Assembly: GCF_021869535.1 (NCBI RefSeq)
Contig: NW_026262679.1
Span: 2,170,001-2,234,000 of the forward strand
Reading direction: 5' to 3'
Length of the DNA: 64,000 bases
Origin: Mytilus californianus
Taxonomy: Eukaryota
Part shown: piece by piece, positions 1 to 11,221 of the stretch
Numbering within the stretch: position 1 is the stretch's first letter
How the letters are laid out: every line of letters starts with the position of its first letter
Position numbers and translations under genes: made by a program
The notes under the pieces: model-generated
What the model was told of the DNA's origin: nothing
Seen by the model: the letters and a program-made list of their open reading frames with translations, nothing else
Database searches by the model: none

Positions 1-247
1 TCGTTTGTTGATGTGGTTCATAAGTGTTTCTCGTTTCTCGTTTTTTATATAGATTAGACCGTTGGTTTTCCCGTTTGAATGGTTTTACACTAGTAATTTT
101 TTGTGGCCCTTTATAGCTTACTGTTCGGTGTGAGCAAAGGCTCCGTGTTGAAGACCGTACTGTGATCTATAATGGTTTACTTTTATAAATTTTTACTTGG
201 ATGGAGAGTTGTCTCATTGGCACTCATACCACATCTTCTTATATCTA
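1..247 (+). mobile_element. 3' part of a dispersed SINE-like/retroelement-tail repeat (family B, ends ...GTTGTCTCATTGGCACTCATACCACATCTTC); cut by window start
   Basis: Near-identical copies at 11752-11842(+), 26884-27273(-), 36711-36830(-), 47987-48058(-) and 52299-52537(+). Confidence 0.85.
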
Positions 248-490
248 TTAGCAGGAGACATTTGCTCTGTCGACACATCCAGTCTTGCTCCTTAAGGAGT
301 TTATGCGATTTTGTTTTGTTACGTCGATCTGACTTCTTAATTGATGTATTAAATTTGATGACCGGTAAACTATTGTTGCCATAATTCATTGGTATAGTCA
401 TGTTCCTACATTTGAAAATGTTCTGCTCAGCGTGAATTTGAAATTTTGTAAGCATGCACAGCATTAAATACTTAATCTGTAACAACATAT

Positions 491-603
491 CATTTTCTGC
501 ATAAATAGTATGAAATACTTAACTCGTTCACACATCAGATCATTCTCTGCTTGACTAGCATGAAATATTTAACTCATTCACGCACCGGACCTTTCTCTGC
601 TTG
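491..603. repeat. short tandem duplication, ~50-bp period, ~2 copies
   Basis: agtatgaaatacttaactcgttcacacatcagatcattctctgcttg (507-553) recurs as agcatgaaatatttaactcattcacgcaccggacctttctctgcttg (557-603). Confidence 0.75.
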
Positions 604-1500
604 CAGTTTAAACGAAATCAAATCTTTATTTTCATTTTCGTATGTTTTTTCCTGGGTATCATCGTGAGGATCAACTAAACATGATTCTAAAATTTTAACA
701 ACCATTCTTGCTACAGTAAAGGTTGGGCTTTAAAGGTATTTATGTTATGTATACTTTAACAGCGATGTAAATCAGATGTTGATTCTTAACAACTTCAAAG
801 ATCTACAAAATCTTCAAATACTTTCATTACAATTTGACAATTTCCTCAAGACTTTTTTTATTTTTCTCCACCTCATACTACTATTCCTAACGCTCAATCA
901 ATTAAAATGTGGACTTTTTTCTATTTAGATATAATGCAGTTTGTACAAAAATGAGAATCGTAGATACATACTTAGTACTTCTTCTTTAAGGTCATAATAC
1001 TTGTTGACTTGTTTTCGAATTCGTTTACATCAGAATGTGTGCAAAAACTTCCAAGAAACAACAAAAATTACTATGACAAGTATTCAATTTCACATTCAGT
1101 TATGTTAGTTATGTCCTGCCACATTTTAGATTGCATGTATCTTGCATATCACTGTAAACTTGACATTAAGGATACTAACCAAAAAAGAAGCTTTCATGAA
1201 AATGACAAAGGTTGTCGATTTCAAACAAGAACCTATGACAAATCAATTTAGTTTCCACATTTTCAACTCCACATTTCTCAGTAGAAACATACCTTTTGTC
1301 TCATCGTATGGCGTTCACATATCTGAGTTTATACGTGATGCGCGTGCATGTGAAAATGTACAATTTTTGAATTCAACATCACAAGTTGGTGAATAATGTA
1401 ATATTATGTCTGTGCTTTAGATCACTAGAGACATTTTAACGGTTTCAGATCTTATAAAAGGTGTCTGATCTTTAAACTTTGTTACTTTTAATATAATTTT
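600..1500 (+). pseudogene. old, heavily degraded Penelope-like (Naiad-type) reverse transcriptase remnant
   Basis: Broken-frame translations SKILTTILATVKVGL, DVNQMLILNNFKDL, KTF..FST..TTIP, LDIKDT, RTYDK, FSFHIFNSTFLSRNIP..SYGVHISEFIRDARAC parallel, in order, the RT at 8794-10260. Confidence 0.7.
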
Positions 1501-2655
1501 TACGTAATCTATTTTCCTTGAACAGTCTAAAAATTGAAATAGTATGACAAATTATCTCACATATGTTTTTGAATTGCGTTTTTCAAAAATTAAGTAACAT
1601 TTTGAATATTCAGAGATTCCACCTATATGAAAAAGGCGTATACGTGTCATGAAATATATTTAAAAACAACACAACGGATAATGACTATACTTCTAGTGCG
1701 GTACAACGGTGCCATGGTGCGTGCACTGTGTACCGGGCATGCCTCTGGTGCCCAAACGGATCGTTAATAGTGTCAAAATTAAGAACTTTATAAAAATATT
1801 ACAATTTACACAATTAATTTCAAATCTTTTGTAAAATAATACAATGCTGTTACATTTCCTACAAATTTGTTAAAAAAAACTTTATAAAATTTGCAAACGT
1901 TAGTCGAGGGCAGACTGTGATAAATGTATCATGCACAATATATCAGGATGGAAGTGTTGAAGTGTAAATAATAATTTTTAAATAGGGAAACTAGTCAAAT
2001 TCGAGTTCTGCGAAAAAGTATATATCAGTATTTTTGGCTCTAGTATTCCAAAACTGATATAATTTCTGATTACAGGGATTAAACTGAGGCCGTTTCGAAG
2101 CACCTACGCTTTCCCTGGATTTTGATTGGGCCTTAAATTTCCATCTTAGTATTCTATGTAGTGCTGTTCTTCTGTTTATCTTTTTATTGTCATTGTGTTG
2201 TTTGTTTTCCTTTGATTTCAACTTCACTATAAAAGCATAAATAGCTGCAGTGGAATTGTTTTAAACTTACTGTACAACAATGAATAAAGAACAACTTTGC
2301 AAAGAATGTAGATGTCCATAATAATCATAGTACAAGTTTTATGAAAACTTTAATTATAGGTGATTAAATGTATATCTCATTCCTAATCAGTAACATGAAT
2401 ATACAAAAACAATTACTATGTGGTTTACTTGCTACAATGCACACAGTCATATACAGGTTCTTATAATACGTATTTTCACAAAGCATAATAGTGCATCATG
2501 TCTGTGCAATCCCTCTTTGTTTCGATGATTTAGCCATGAGACACAAACAATCAATATTAAAATACGTTGACATGAAAAACCCCGTGAAAAGAAAACGCAT
2601 ACGAATATAAGTGTATCATGAATGTTAAGATTAAAATTTATACTTTAAAAATACT

Positions 2656-5130
2656 TCAAAAGAACCAAAGTCGTAGCTTTTGCCAAGCCATTTGGACTTC
2701 ATTCTGTTCGACTGGCCATTGAATTAAAAGTACATCCTTCCAAATAGTGGAAAATTCAACGGGAATATTATCCAAAAGGATATCTCTTGTAATAACAACT
2801 ATCTTCTGCAGATTTTTTGAAAACTTTTCATACTTTGCTCGCTCGATTTCAAAACGAGTCCATTCATTTTCGATAATAGATGGCGAAACTAGAAATATAA
2901 CGTGTCGGCATCTATGAATGGAAGTAGCTCTTTCGGTAGCTATCGATTCGCCTACAATGAAATCTCTATCTTCTAAGCAAATTTTGAAACCCCATTCGTC
3001 CTCTACTTTCTTTTGTAATTCTTTTACAAAAGAAATGCAGTCATCTGAGTATGAAACGTAAACGTCATAATCAAAAGTTAGCTCAAGACCTTTCTCTGCA
3101 AATCTCCGGATATTTCGGAAGAAAAAGAAAATTATCCTCCATCTCAAATTATACAATATCGTAATACAAATTAAACTTGATAAAACAGAAACTAATAATG
3201 AAATGCCTAACTTGATCCAAACGGCAGTATCACAGTCAACGAAATAATTATGAAAATCGTCAGCGACATTTCTGGTATAATTGATTTTTTTAGTTGAAGA
3301 AACCCAACACGAGTAATTGCCATTTGCATTTAACTTTACTTTAGTTGTAAGAATCCAACGCAAAAATGTTGTTGTACCACACGAACAAATCAACGGGTTA
3401 TTACTGAGATATAATTTAAAAGTTCCAAATTTGGTATGCTGGGTATCAATCCAATTGTGTATTTTCTTCCGAATTGTAGTTAATTGATTGTGTGATAAAT
3501 CGAGTTCGGTAAGGCTATCAAAATTTGTAACTACATCGGGAACATTATCAAACAAGTTATGAGATATATTGAGAGTTGTTAAATGCGGCAATTGCCCAAG
3601 CGAATTTATTTTCCATATATAGTTATATGATATATCTAAATTCTTGATATTCGGACAAAGACTAAGTATCGATGAATTAGTTTGTAAAACGAGGTACAGT
3701 TTTGTTTCCTTCATGATGAGTGTTTTCAAATGGATTAAAAGTGGAATTTTTCCAGCTCCAATAGTAATATCAGAACCTATACCAGACAAATCTAAATGCT
3801 CCAAATTATTAAATCCTTCTGAAGTTATAATCGGGAAAACATCTGTTTCAAAATAAGAAACCTCTAGATGCCGAAGGGAGCTGTTTATTACTTTTATTTC
3901 CTTGATACCATTTCTACCCATTATATGTGTTATTCTCAAAAATTGAATTTGTTTCGGAACCGTAACTATATTCTGTACCTCTAATCTACCTTTGTTTTCG
4001 AGTCTTTGAATTGTCGTATGGTTGTTTTCTCTCTCCACATCAAGGAAGACTGGGTTTTTGAATCTTAGTGGAAAATAGGAAAAATCAATCATTTTGATGT
4101 TGGTCATCCTGAATACAAACAAGAAAAGATTAACTGCCCAAGTTTCTAAACTAAAACTATTAGATGATAACATTATATGTTCAAAGCACTGTGGATGTTT
4201 AAACGAAACTATTGATTTGTTTTTAACTGAAATAATCTCATTGTCCGAAAAGTCTAAGGTCTTTATACAGATAGTTGATATATATTTCATCATCTTCAGT
4301 GTCAGAACAACCGCGTCCAGGTCACGTTCAATATTACCACGAGTTATTCCACGAAAAAGAATCGCATCCATTGATTTATTCTGTAATGGATGTAAAATTC
4401 TGAGAGCCTGGGTTAAGTGAATATTGCTGTTAGTAAGATTCAATACATTTAGATGGGGAAATGGAACTAAAACGCCGATTTCAATAACGACAAAATGTTT
4501 ACAAGTTGTCATGTGGAATTCCTTTATATTTACCGGCATATCGAAAAACGTCTCATTGTACAAAATCTTAACGTGACAATAGTCAAATCTCAACTTGTGT
4601 AAATTGTGCAGACTCTTAAATTTCTGTCCAAACGTTGCGTTCAACACAAGATCAATAGACAGCTCACGCAGGTTAGAGAGTTCACCAACGTGAATTCTAT
4701 ACGGGTTGTATTCTGGTGTTTTCATATTTCTACTTATGTCTAAAACTGATAAAGTCTTTAAGGACTGAAACACTCCAGAGGGGTACGATTCACTTACGTT
4801 CAAATAATTGTTAGAAATAGACAAATATTTCAACAATGATAAGCCAATGAAAGCCTTTTCATGCAACACTCTAATAACATTGTTATCAAGCATTAGATGT
4901 TCTAGATACTTATATCTAAGAAAGACGTTTGCATCAAGTCTGGTCAGTCTATTAAAACTTAAATCCAATTTCTTTAAATCAGGCGGTAAATTGGTCGGAA
5001 CAGATGTTAATCCTTTGTCTTTACAGTGTGCCACCTTATAAACTAACATTTCTGATGTGATATTGCATTCTGAAAACACAGTATTACATAAATAAACAGA
5101 TGTTATGCTCAAAACTATGAAAATGTGCAT
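2656..5130 (-). CDS. Toll-like receptor, single-cysteine-cluster type, intronless CDS, 824 aa (TLR-A, only intact TLR here)
   Basis: Signal peptide; LRRNT (C..HCKDKGLTSVP); many LxxLxLxxN repeats; LRRCT NPLICSC; TM WIKLGISLLVSVLSSLICITILY; TIR YDVYVSYS / RDFIVG. A possible 5'UTR intron acceptor (ctag) lies at 5140-5137. Confidence 0.97.
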   Translation of the reverse strand: MHIFIVLSITSVYLCNTVFSECNITSEMLVYKVAHCKDKGLTSVPTNLPPDLKKLDLSFNRLTRLDANVFLRYKYLEHLMLDNNVIRVLHEKAFIGLSLLKYLSISNNYLNVSESYPSGVFQSLKTLSVLDISRNMKTPEYNPYRIHVGELSNLRELSIDLVLNATFGQKFKSLHNLHKLRFDYCHVKILYNETFFDMPVNIKEFHMTTCKHFVVIEIGVLVPFPHLNVLNLTNSNIHLTQALRILHPLQNKSMDAILFRGITRGNIERDLDAVVLTLKMMKYISTICIKTLDFSDNEIISVKNKSIVSFKHPQCFEHIMLSSNSFSLETWAVNLFLFVFRMTNIKMIDFSYFPLRFKNPVFLDVERENNHTTIQRLENKGRLEVQNIVTVPKQIQFLRITHIMGRNGIKEIKVINSSLRHLEVSYFETDVFPIITSEGFNNLEHLDLSGIGSDITIGAGKIPLLIHLKTLIMKETKLYLVLQTNSSILSLCPNIKNLDISYNYIWKINSLGQLPHLTTLNISHNLFDNVPDVVTNFDSLTELDLSHNQLTTIRKKIHNWIDTQHTKFGTFKLYLSNNPLICSCGTTTFLRWILTTKVKLNANGNYSCWVSSTKKINYTRNVADDFHNYFVDCDTAVWIKLGISLLVSVLSSLICITILYNLRWRIIFFFFRNIRRFAEKGLELTFDYDVYVSYSDDCISFVKELQKKVEDEWGFKICLEDRDFIVGESIATERATSIHRCRHVIFLVSPSIIENEWTRFEIERAKYEKFSKNLQKIVVITRDILLDNIPVEFSTIWKDVLLIQWPVEQNEVQMAWQKLRLWFF

Positions 5131-6718
5131 CTTTTCCTAGTGTAAGTTAACACAAAATTAATCTCAAAGATTAAGTCCTTCCTGCTATAATCAAAAGTTT
5201 TTAGATAAAACTCCATCACGTGATGTAAAGTTGCTACCGCTTAAACAAATGGTTTATGATTTCCTGTTAAATAACTAATCTTTTTTATTTGAGAATGTTT
5301 TGATTATTACTCTCATAAATCAAAGTTAAAAGAATTTTCTTATAAAAACCCACTTGATATATGTTTAATCAATATCTTCAGACATTAATTGTCAACAATT
5401 CGGAATTTTCTAAGTACTAGTTTACAATCAAAATGTAAACAACTGAACTTCCTCTAACTAAGTCGAACAGTATAAGTGACCAATGTTGTATTTATATCGT
5501 GATATTTGAATTGCTCATGGTAATCGTCATACCAAAAATATATGATAAAAAGTATGTTTTCTTTTTGGTTTATTGTCATTTCATTGATGATGATGTTCTG
5601 TTGGCAAATTATTATCTGTTGCACAATTCTCAAGTGACTCGTTATGCGCGCATGTTTCCAATTTCAATCAGTGTGATACTTTCATGACTTAAGTTGAACA
5701 GCAGAGATATCATATAATAAAATAGTAAAACATCCACTGAATTTTATCACACATATATTGGTTGCAGATCATTGATTATATCTCCATGAATTTAATTGAA
5801 AGGGATATATCGCATTCGGATTTTCCCCGTTATATTATTTCTAAAGCATAAGTTTGGAAATGTCCTTCAAATTTTCTTTTTGGCTCAAGAGACGTATGTT
5901 TTAGTGAATCCGGAATAGGACACTATCGGTTAAACGACGATATATTAGTACCTAAAGATAAAATACTGCGAAAGCATGTCTTTAGTGGGTTGAGACACTG
6001 ACAAAGCGTATCTGTCAACCAATACGTTATGGTGACCGTTAAACTTATGTAGTGCCGATTTTAGTCGTTCTTCCTCATAACATAAAACAATACTAGTATT
6101 ACAATTTATTATTTTGAATAAAATTATGGATAATTAATTCTGCACAATTGTTTCTTTCTGTATTGTTAGAATATTGTACACTGTTAATTCGTCTTTGAAT
6201 TATTTTCACCGAAATTATGGCGAAGGACGGTATTATTTCATTACAACAGGTAAAGTCCTTTGAGCTTGCTTTGTGTAATAACTAATAAAATCTTCATAAA
6301 TGTGTTATATAAAGAAGCTCATAAAAACGACCAACGAACAAATTTAGTAAGTATCGGACCTTCTATAATTGGCGATACTTCACAGATCAGAAACAAATTA
6401 TTAAAGTCCTAAGATTTGTGCAACGATACTATCATAAAATCGTATAGACAGATATGTCGGCTCAGCAAATGCAATATTCTGTGTCAATGTTTTATTGGAT
6501 GCATTATCAGTTCGTTCGTACAGGTACATGTTAATATTATGCAATTCATTTAATCTGAAATCCTGCACCTCATAGAACAAAATCAATAAAACTTAATACT
6601 ATATGGACGTGGCTGCGCACTTGTATAATCCAAAAATGTCAAAATGTAGTAGTTCGTGTAAATATAGAACAACTATATAAAACATATATATTTTACAAAG
6701 GTAAAGAAACAGGTAGAA

Positions 6719-6849
6719 AGTAAAATCACAAAAATACTGAACTCCGAGGAAAATTCAATCGGAAAGTCCCTAATCACATGGCAAAATCAAATGACAAAAC
6801 ACATCAAACGAATGGACAACAACTGTCATATTCCTGACTTGGTACAGGC
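6719..6849 (-). mobile_element. 5'-truncated dispersed repeat (family D) inserted in unit 1 only
   Basis: Absent from paralogous sites (35401-35425, 49321-49345). A related copy lies on the + strand at ~43968-44078. Its 5' end is GCCTGTACCAAGTCAGGA (3' half of a twister-like core). Confidence 0.8.
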
Positions 6850-7087
6850 AAGGCTGCGAAGAGCACTTTTATCTTGTCCCGATCCGGGTAGGCTACATAC
6901 CACAATTAATTTCCCGTTTAGTTCAACGTTTGTCAAATCTATTAAAATCGCACCCTGTTGTTTTGTCTAATCTTTTGTGTGTTAAATGTACAGTACATGT
7001 TGAGAATATATCGGAGTTAAAAAATAATTGAACTTTTTTTTGGCAGACAGCATGGTCTGTTTGGCATTTATAGCCGACAATACGGAA

Positions 7088-8320
7088 TGATGTGGATACT
7101 AAAAACTTCCAAAGATCTTTAAGAGTACATACAATCTAAGACACTTTTCTTTTTCAATATTATTAAAACATTTGACTTTTCTACACTTTACACATTATTC
7201 CCAATTCCAAACTAAAACATAAATTGAAAGTGTTGATCCTGCTTTTTTTTTCATAAAAAAAAGGCCAACGTAGATACGAGTATCTTTTCTTAGGGAGAGA
7301 TAAATCCTACTTTGTGAAAAGTCAAACAACAAATTTCATGAAACTGAAATTATCAAGATGCTTGATTTCTTGATTGACAACATATTTGTTACGTTTGTAA
7401 TACGTGTTTTTAACAAACAATCGGCATTCCCATGGGAACAAACTGTACCTTTCTTCTCTCCGAATTGTTGCTTTATTCATATGAGGCTGACTTCATACAG
7501 GAAGACAAAAAGGAAGTTAGCAGTATCCTTTAACTTTACTTAAAGCTATATAGATGATGTTCTCTCACTAAATAATTCAAAATTTTGGTGACTATGTTGA
7601 ACGTATCTATCCAATCGAACTTGAGATAAAGAATACCGCAGATACAGTTAAGTCTGCCTCATATCTTGACTTCCATCAAGTAATTGACAATGAGGATCGA
7701 TTGAAAACAAAACTTTACGAAAAAAAGAGATGATTTCAGCTTCCCAATTGTGAACTTTCCATTTCTATGTAGCAACATTCCAGCAGCACCTGCATACGGA
7801 GTATATATCTCCCAGTAGATACAATATTCCAGGGCTTGTATTTCCTTTAATGATTTCCTTGATATAGGGCTGCTACTCACAAGGAAGCTATTAAACAAAG
7901 AGTTCCAAGTTGTGAAGTTGAAATCATCCCTTCGTATGTTTTACGGACGCCATCACGAGTTGATTCATCGTTATTGAATATCCGTTTCACAGATGAAAAC
8001 GGATATGTTCCTTATGTCGTAACTACAATCCCGTCCCTTTTCCCGAATGTTAGCTACCGAATTAGACTTATTACCGAGTTTGTACATGAGCAACACGACG
8101 GGTGCAACATGTTGAGCAGGATCTGCTTATCCTTCCGGTGCACATGAGATCACCCTTAGCTTTTGGTGGGGTTCGTGTTGCTCGGTCTTTAGTTTTCTAT
8201 GTTGTGTTTTATGTATTATTGTTTGTCTGTTGGTCTTTTTCTTTTTTAGCCATGACGTCGTCAGTTTGTTTTCGACACAAGAGTTTGAATGTCCCTCTGG
8301 TATCTTTCGCATCTCTTTTT
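7088..8320 (+). mobile_element. degenerate, 5'-truncated Penelope-like (Naiad-type) retroelement with 3' UTR
   Basis: Highly similar to 9305-10560 with frameshifts and small deletions. The paralogous empty site (49520-49880) lacks it. Confidence 0.9.
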
Positions 8321-8730
8321 GAAATGTATAACAGTTAATGCTTATGTCGTTAAAACAATGTGATTTCTGAAAATCCGGTCCACATACATTTTTTTCTTAA
8401 TAAAATGCTATCACTGTACACATTTCCGTTTTAATGATCACTAGAATTGTGTTTGCAGCCTTAATCATTAAACTTTTATTGGTGCATAAAAAATACGATA
8501 TTCCAGCGTGACCACAGACACATGTATCTGAAAATAAAATAGCTAAATGTATATACCTTTATTTTGTATAAGGTATATAGTATAACAAAGTCAGAGACTA
8601 GTACATGTTAGCGTGGCTTCAACATGTCGTTACAATTATTTGTTCTTCGACGCTTTTTTGACTACATATCGATACTATAATTGATAATATCTGTAATCGT
8701 TTTTTTTTTACGTACATTCTATACATTTAT

Positions 8731-10560
8731 GCCAGGCAATGGGCTAAACGCGAGAAAGAAGACGTAGATACTCTTTCCGAATGAATTAAGGCTGTGAGGT
8801 CGTTGATACAAATCCGAATTAAGAAACTAAATGGGCATATCAATACCCACGCTACATCAATTTTTAAAGACCCAAATGTAGCAAAACACTTGTCCTACCT
8901 CCATGACAAATATGTTGTTGTCCCCGCAGACAAAGCCCCAAACAACATCGTTTTTGTGTGTAAATATCATTACATAAACTGCTTGATAAATGAATTAGGT
9001 ATTGACAATTCACTTGGAAACTCAACATATACCCTCACGACACTTACCAAAGAGGAAATCCTAGATAATCATAGGTCTGTTCTATGTTCCTTTGGAATTT
9101 CAACCAAAGACGAAGAACTGGATCTTCCATCACTGTATTGGATACCTAAACTACATAAGTGTCCTTACAAACAACGGTATATTGCTGGGTCTTCCAAGTG
9201 CTCCACGAAACCTCTTTCTAAATTATTAACATCTATTTTATCAGCAATCAAAGCCGGGCTCCAAAGTTATTGTGAAACTGCCTATTCTAGAGGTGGCGTG
9301 AATCAGATGTGGATACTAAAAAATTCCAAAGATCTTTTAGAGTACATACAATCTAAGACTCTCTCATCTTGTAATAGTATTAAAACATTTGACTTTTCTA
9401 CACTTTACACTAGTATTCCCCATTCCAAACTAAAAGACAAATTGAAAGAGTTGGTATTACTTTGTTTCATTAAAAAGAATGGCGAACGTAGATACAAGTA
9501 TCTTGTCTTGGGGAGGGATAAATCCTACTTTGTAAAGAATCACTCTGATTCAAACAAAAAATTCTCTGAAACTGACATTATCAAGATGCTTGATTTCTTG
9601 ATTGACAACATATTTGTTACGTTTGGAGGACGTGTTTTTCAACAGACTGTCGGAATTCCAATGGGAACCAATTGTGTCCCTCTTCTTGCCGACTTGTTTC
9701 TTTATTATTATGAGGCTGACTTCATACAGGAGCTTCTTAGGAAGAGAGATAAGAAGTTAGCAATATCCTTTAACTCTACGTTCCGCTATATAGATGATGT
9801 TCTCTCACTAAATAATACAAAATGTGGTGACTATGTTGAACGAATCTATCCCATCGAACTAGAGATAAAGGATACTACAGATACAGTTAAGTCTGCCTCA
9901 TATCTTGACTTACATCTAGAAATCGACAATGAGGGTCGGTTGAAAACAAAACTTTACGACAAAAGAGATGATTTCAGCTTCCCAATTGTGAACTTTCCAT
10001 TTCTATGTAGCAACATTCCTGCAGCGCCTGCATACGGAGTATATATCTCCCAATTGATACGATATTCCCGGGCTTGTGTTTCCTATCATGATTTCCTTGA
10101 TAGAGGATTGCTGCTCACAAGGAAGCTATTAAACCAAGAGTTCCAAATGGTGAAGTTGAAGTCATCCCTTCGTAAATTTTACGGACGCCATCACGAGTTG
10201 GTTGACCGTTACGGAATAACCGTTTCACAGATGATATCGGATATGTTCCTTATGTCGTAACTACAATACCCTTCCCTTTTCACGAATGTGACTTACCGAA
10301 TTAGACTATTTACCGGATTTGTAATAACATAAGCAACTCGACGGGTGCCACATGTGGAGCAGGATCTGCTTACCCTTCCGGAGCACCTGAGATCACCCCC
10401 AGTTTTTGGTGGGGTTCGTGTTGCTTAGTCTTTAGTTTTCTATGTTGTGTCATCTGTACTATTATTTGTCTGATTGTCTTTTTATTTTTGGCCATGACGT
10501 TGTCAGTTTGTTTTCGATCTATGAGTTTGACTGTCCCTCTGGTATCTTTCGTCCCTCTTT
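8731..10560 (+). mobile_element. 5'-truncated Penelope-like retroelement, RT at C-terminus with no C-terminal GIY-YIG (Naiad-like)
   Basis: Contains the RT ORF plus a ~300-nt 3' UTR. The empty paralogous site at ~50255-50270 (atttatagatcc) suggests a TTTAT target duplication. Confidence 0.88.
8794..10260 (+). CDS. Penelope-like reverse transcriptase (5'-truncated, 488 aa open frame)
   Basis: PLE motifs VVPADKA, LYWIPKLHK..R.I, KTFDFSTLYT, QTVGIPMG, FRYIDD, SYLDL, YISQLIRYSRAC. Long insertion between motifs A and B. ORF stops after the thumb. An upstream in-frame TGA lies at 8782-8784. Confidence 0.85.
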   Translation: MRSLIQIRIKKLNGHINTHATSIFKDPNVAKHLSYLHDKYVVVPADKAPNNIVFVCKYHYINCLINELGIDNSLGNSTYTLTTLTKEEILDNHRSVLCSFGISTKDEELDLPSLYWIPKLHKCPYKQRYIAGSSKCSTKPLSKLLTSILSAIKAGLQSYCETAYSRGGVNQMWILKNSKDLLEYIQSKTLSSCNSIKTFDFSTLYTSIPHSKLKDKLKELVLLCFIKKNGERRYKYLVLGRDKSYFVKNHSDSNKKFSETDIIKMLDFLIDNIFVTFGGRVFQQTVGIPMGTNCVPLLADLFLYYYEADFIQELLRKRDKKLAISFNSTFRYIDDVLSLNNTKCGDYVERIYPIELEIKDTTDTVKSASYLDLHLEIDNEGRLKTKLYDKRDDFSFPIVNFPFLCSNIPAAPAYGVYISQLIRYSRACVSYHDFLDRGLLLTRKLLNQEFQMVKLKSSLRKFYGRHHELVDRYGITVSQMISDMFLMS

Positions 10561-10760
10561 TATTGATCCTCTTTCATGAAATTTTGATTAATTGTATCTC
10601 TGAAAAATATAGATGGTACAAATTTTACTTTTTAGATATCAAGATGCAGCTCAAAGAGTTACAAATGGATCGAAAGTTTCTTTAAAAAAAATCTTAATAC
10701 CGCCCAATTACGTATACTACTACTTAATTTTTGAAATAACAACGTTCGCACTCGCTACCA

Positions 10761-11221
10761 ATATAAAAAAGAAGATGTGGTATGATTGCAAATAAGACAA
10801 CTCTCCACAGGAGACCAAATGACACAGAAATTGACATTTATAGGTCACCGTACGGCCTTCAACAATGAGCAAAGCCCATACCGCACAGTCAGCTATAAAA
10901 GGCCCCGAAATGACAATGTCAAACAATTCAAACGAGAAAAACTAACGGCCTAATTTATGTACAAAAAATGAGTGAAAAACAAATATGTAAAACATAAACA
11001 AACGACAACCACTGAATTACAGGCTCCTGACATACATACAGAATGGGGCGGGGTTAAACATGTTAGCTGGACCCCAACCCTCCCCCTAACCTGGGACAGT
11101 GGTGTAACAGTACAACATAAGAACGAACTATAAAAATCAGTTGAAAGAGGCTTTACTCATCAGATGGATAAAAATACAAATACTTCAAATACAAGTGGAC
11201 GTGGCCGGGTACTTGTACATC
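10761..11221 (-). mobile_element. dispersed retroelement-tail repeat (family C) carrying a deleted type-P5 twister motif
   Basis: Absent at the paralogous site (~50450). Its 3' end ...ATCATACCACATCTTCTTTTTT is shared with family B. Twister-like segment at 11020-11093. Confidence 0.8.

Noticed and set aside
3644-5041. Plus-strand ORFs overlapping TLR-A (and similar ones over other TLR, Gypsy and LINE copies)
   Set aside because: Antisense shadow frames of real coding sequence with no recognisable domains.
8782-8784. In-frame TGA upstream of the PLE RT ORF as a possible selenocysteine (some clam Naiads are selenoproteins)
   Set aside because: Context LSE*IK fits a Trp (TGG>TGA) mutation, not a Cys position. 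It is a single occurrence and I recognised no SECIS.
10333-10424. HDV-like ribozyme reading of the Naiad 3' UTR (GGGUGC/GCACCU with a G.U first pair)
   Set aside because: P3/L3 too short, no C-R-A catalytic J4/2, and the best closing stem lies upstream of G1. Kept only as an unassigned structure.
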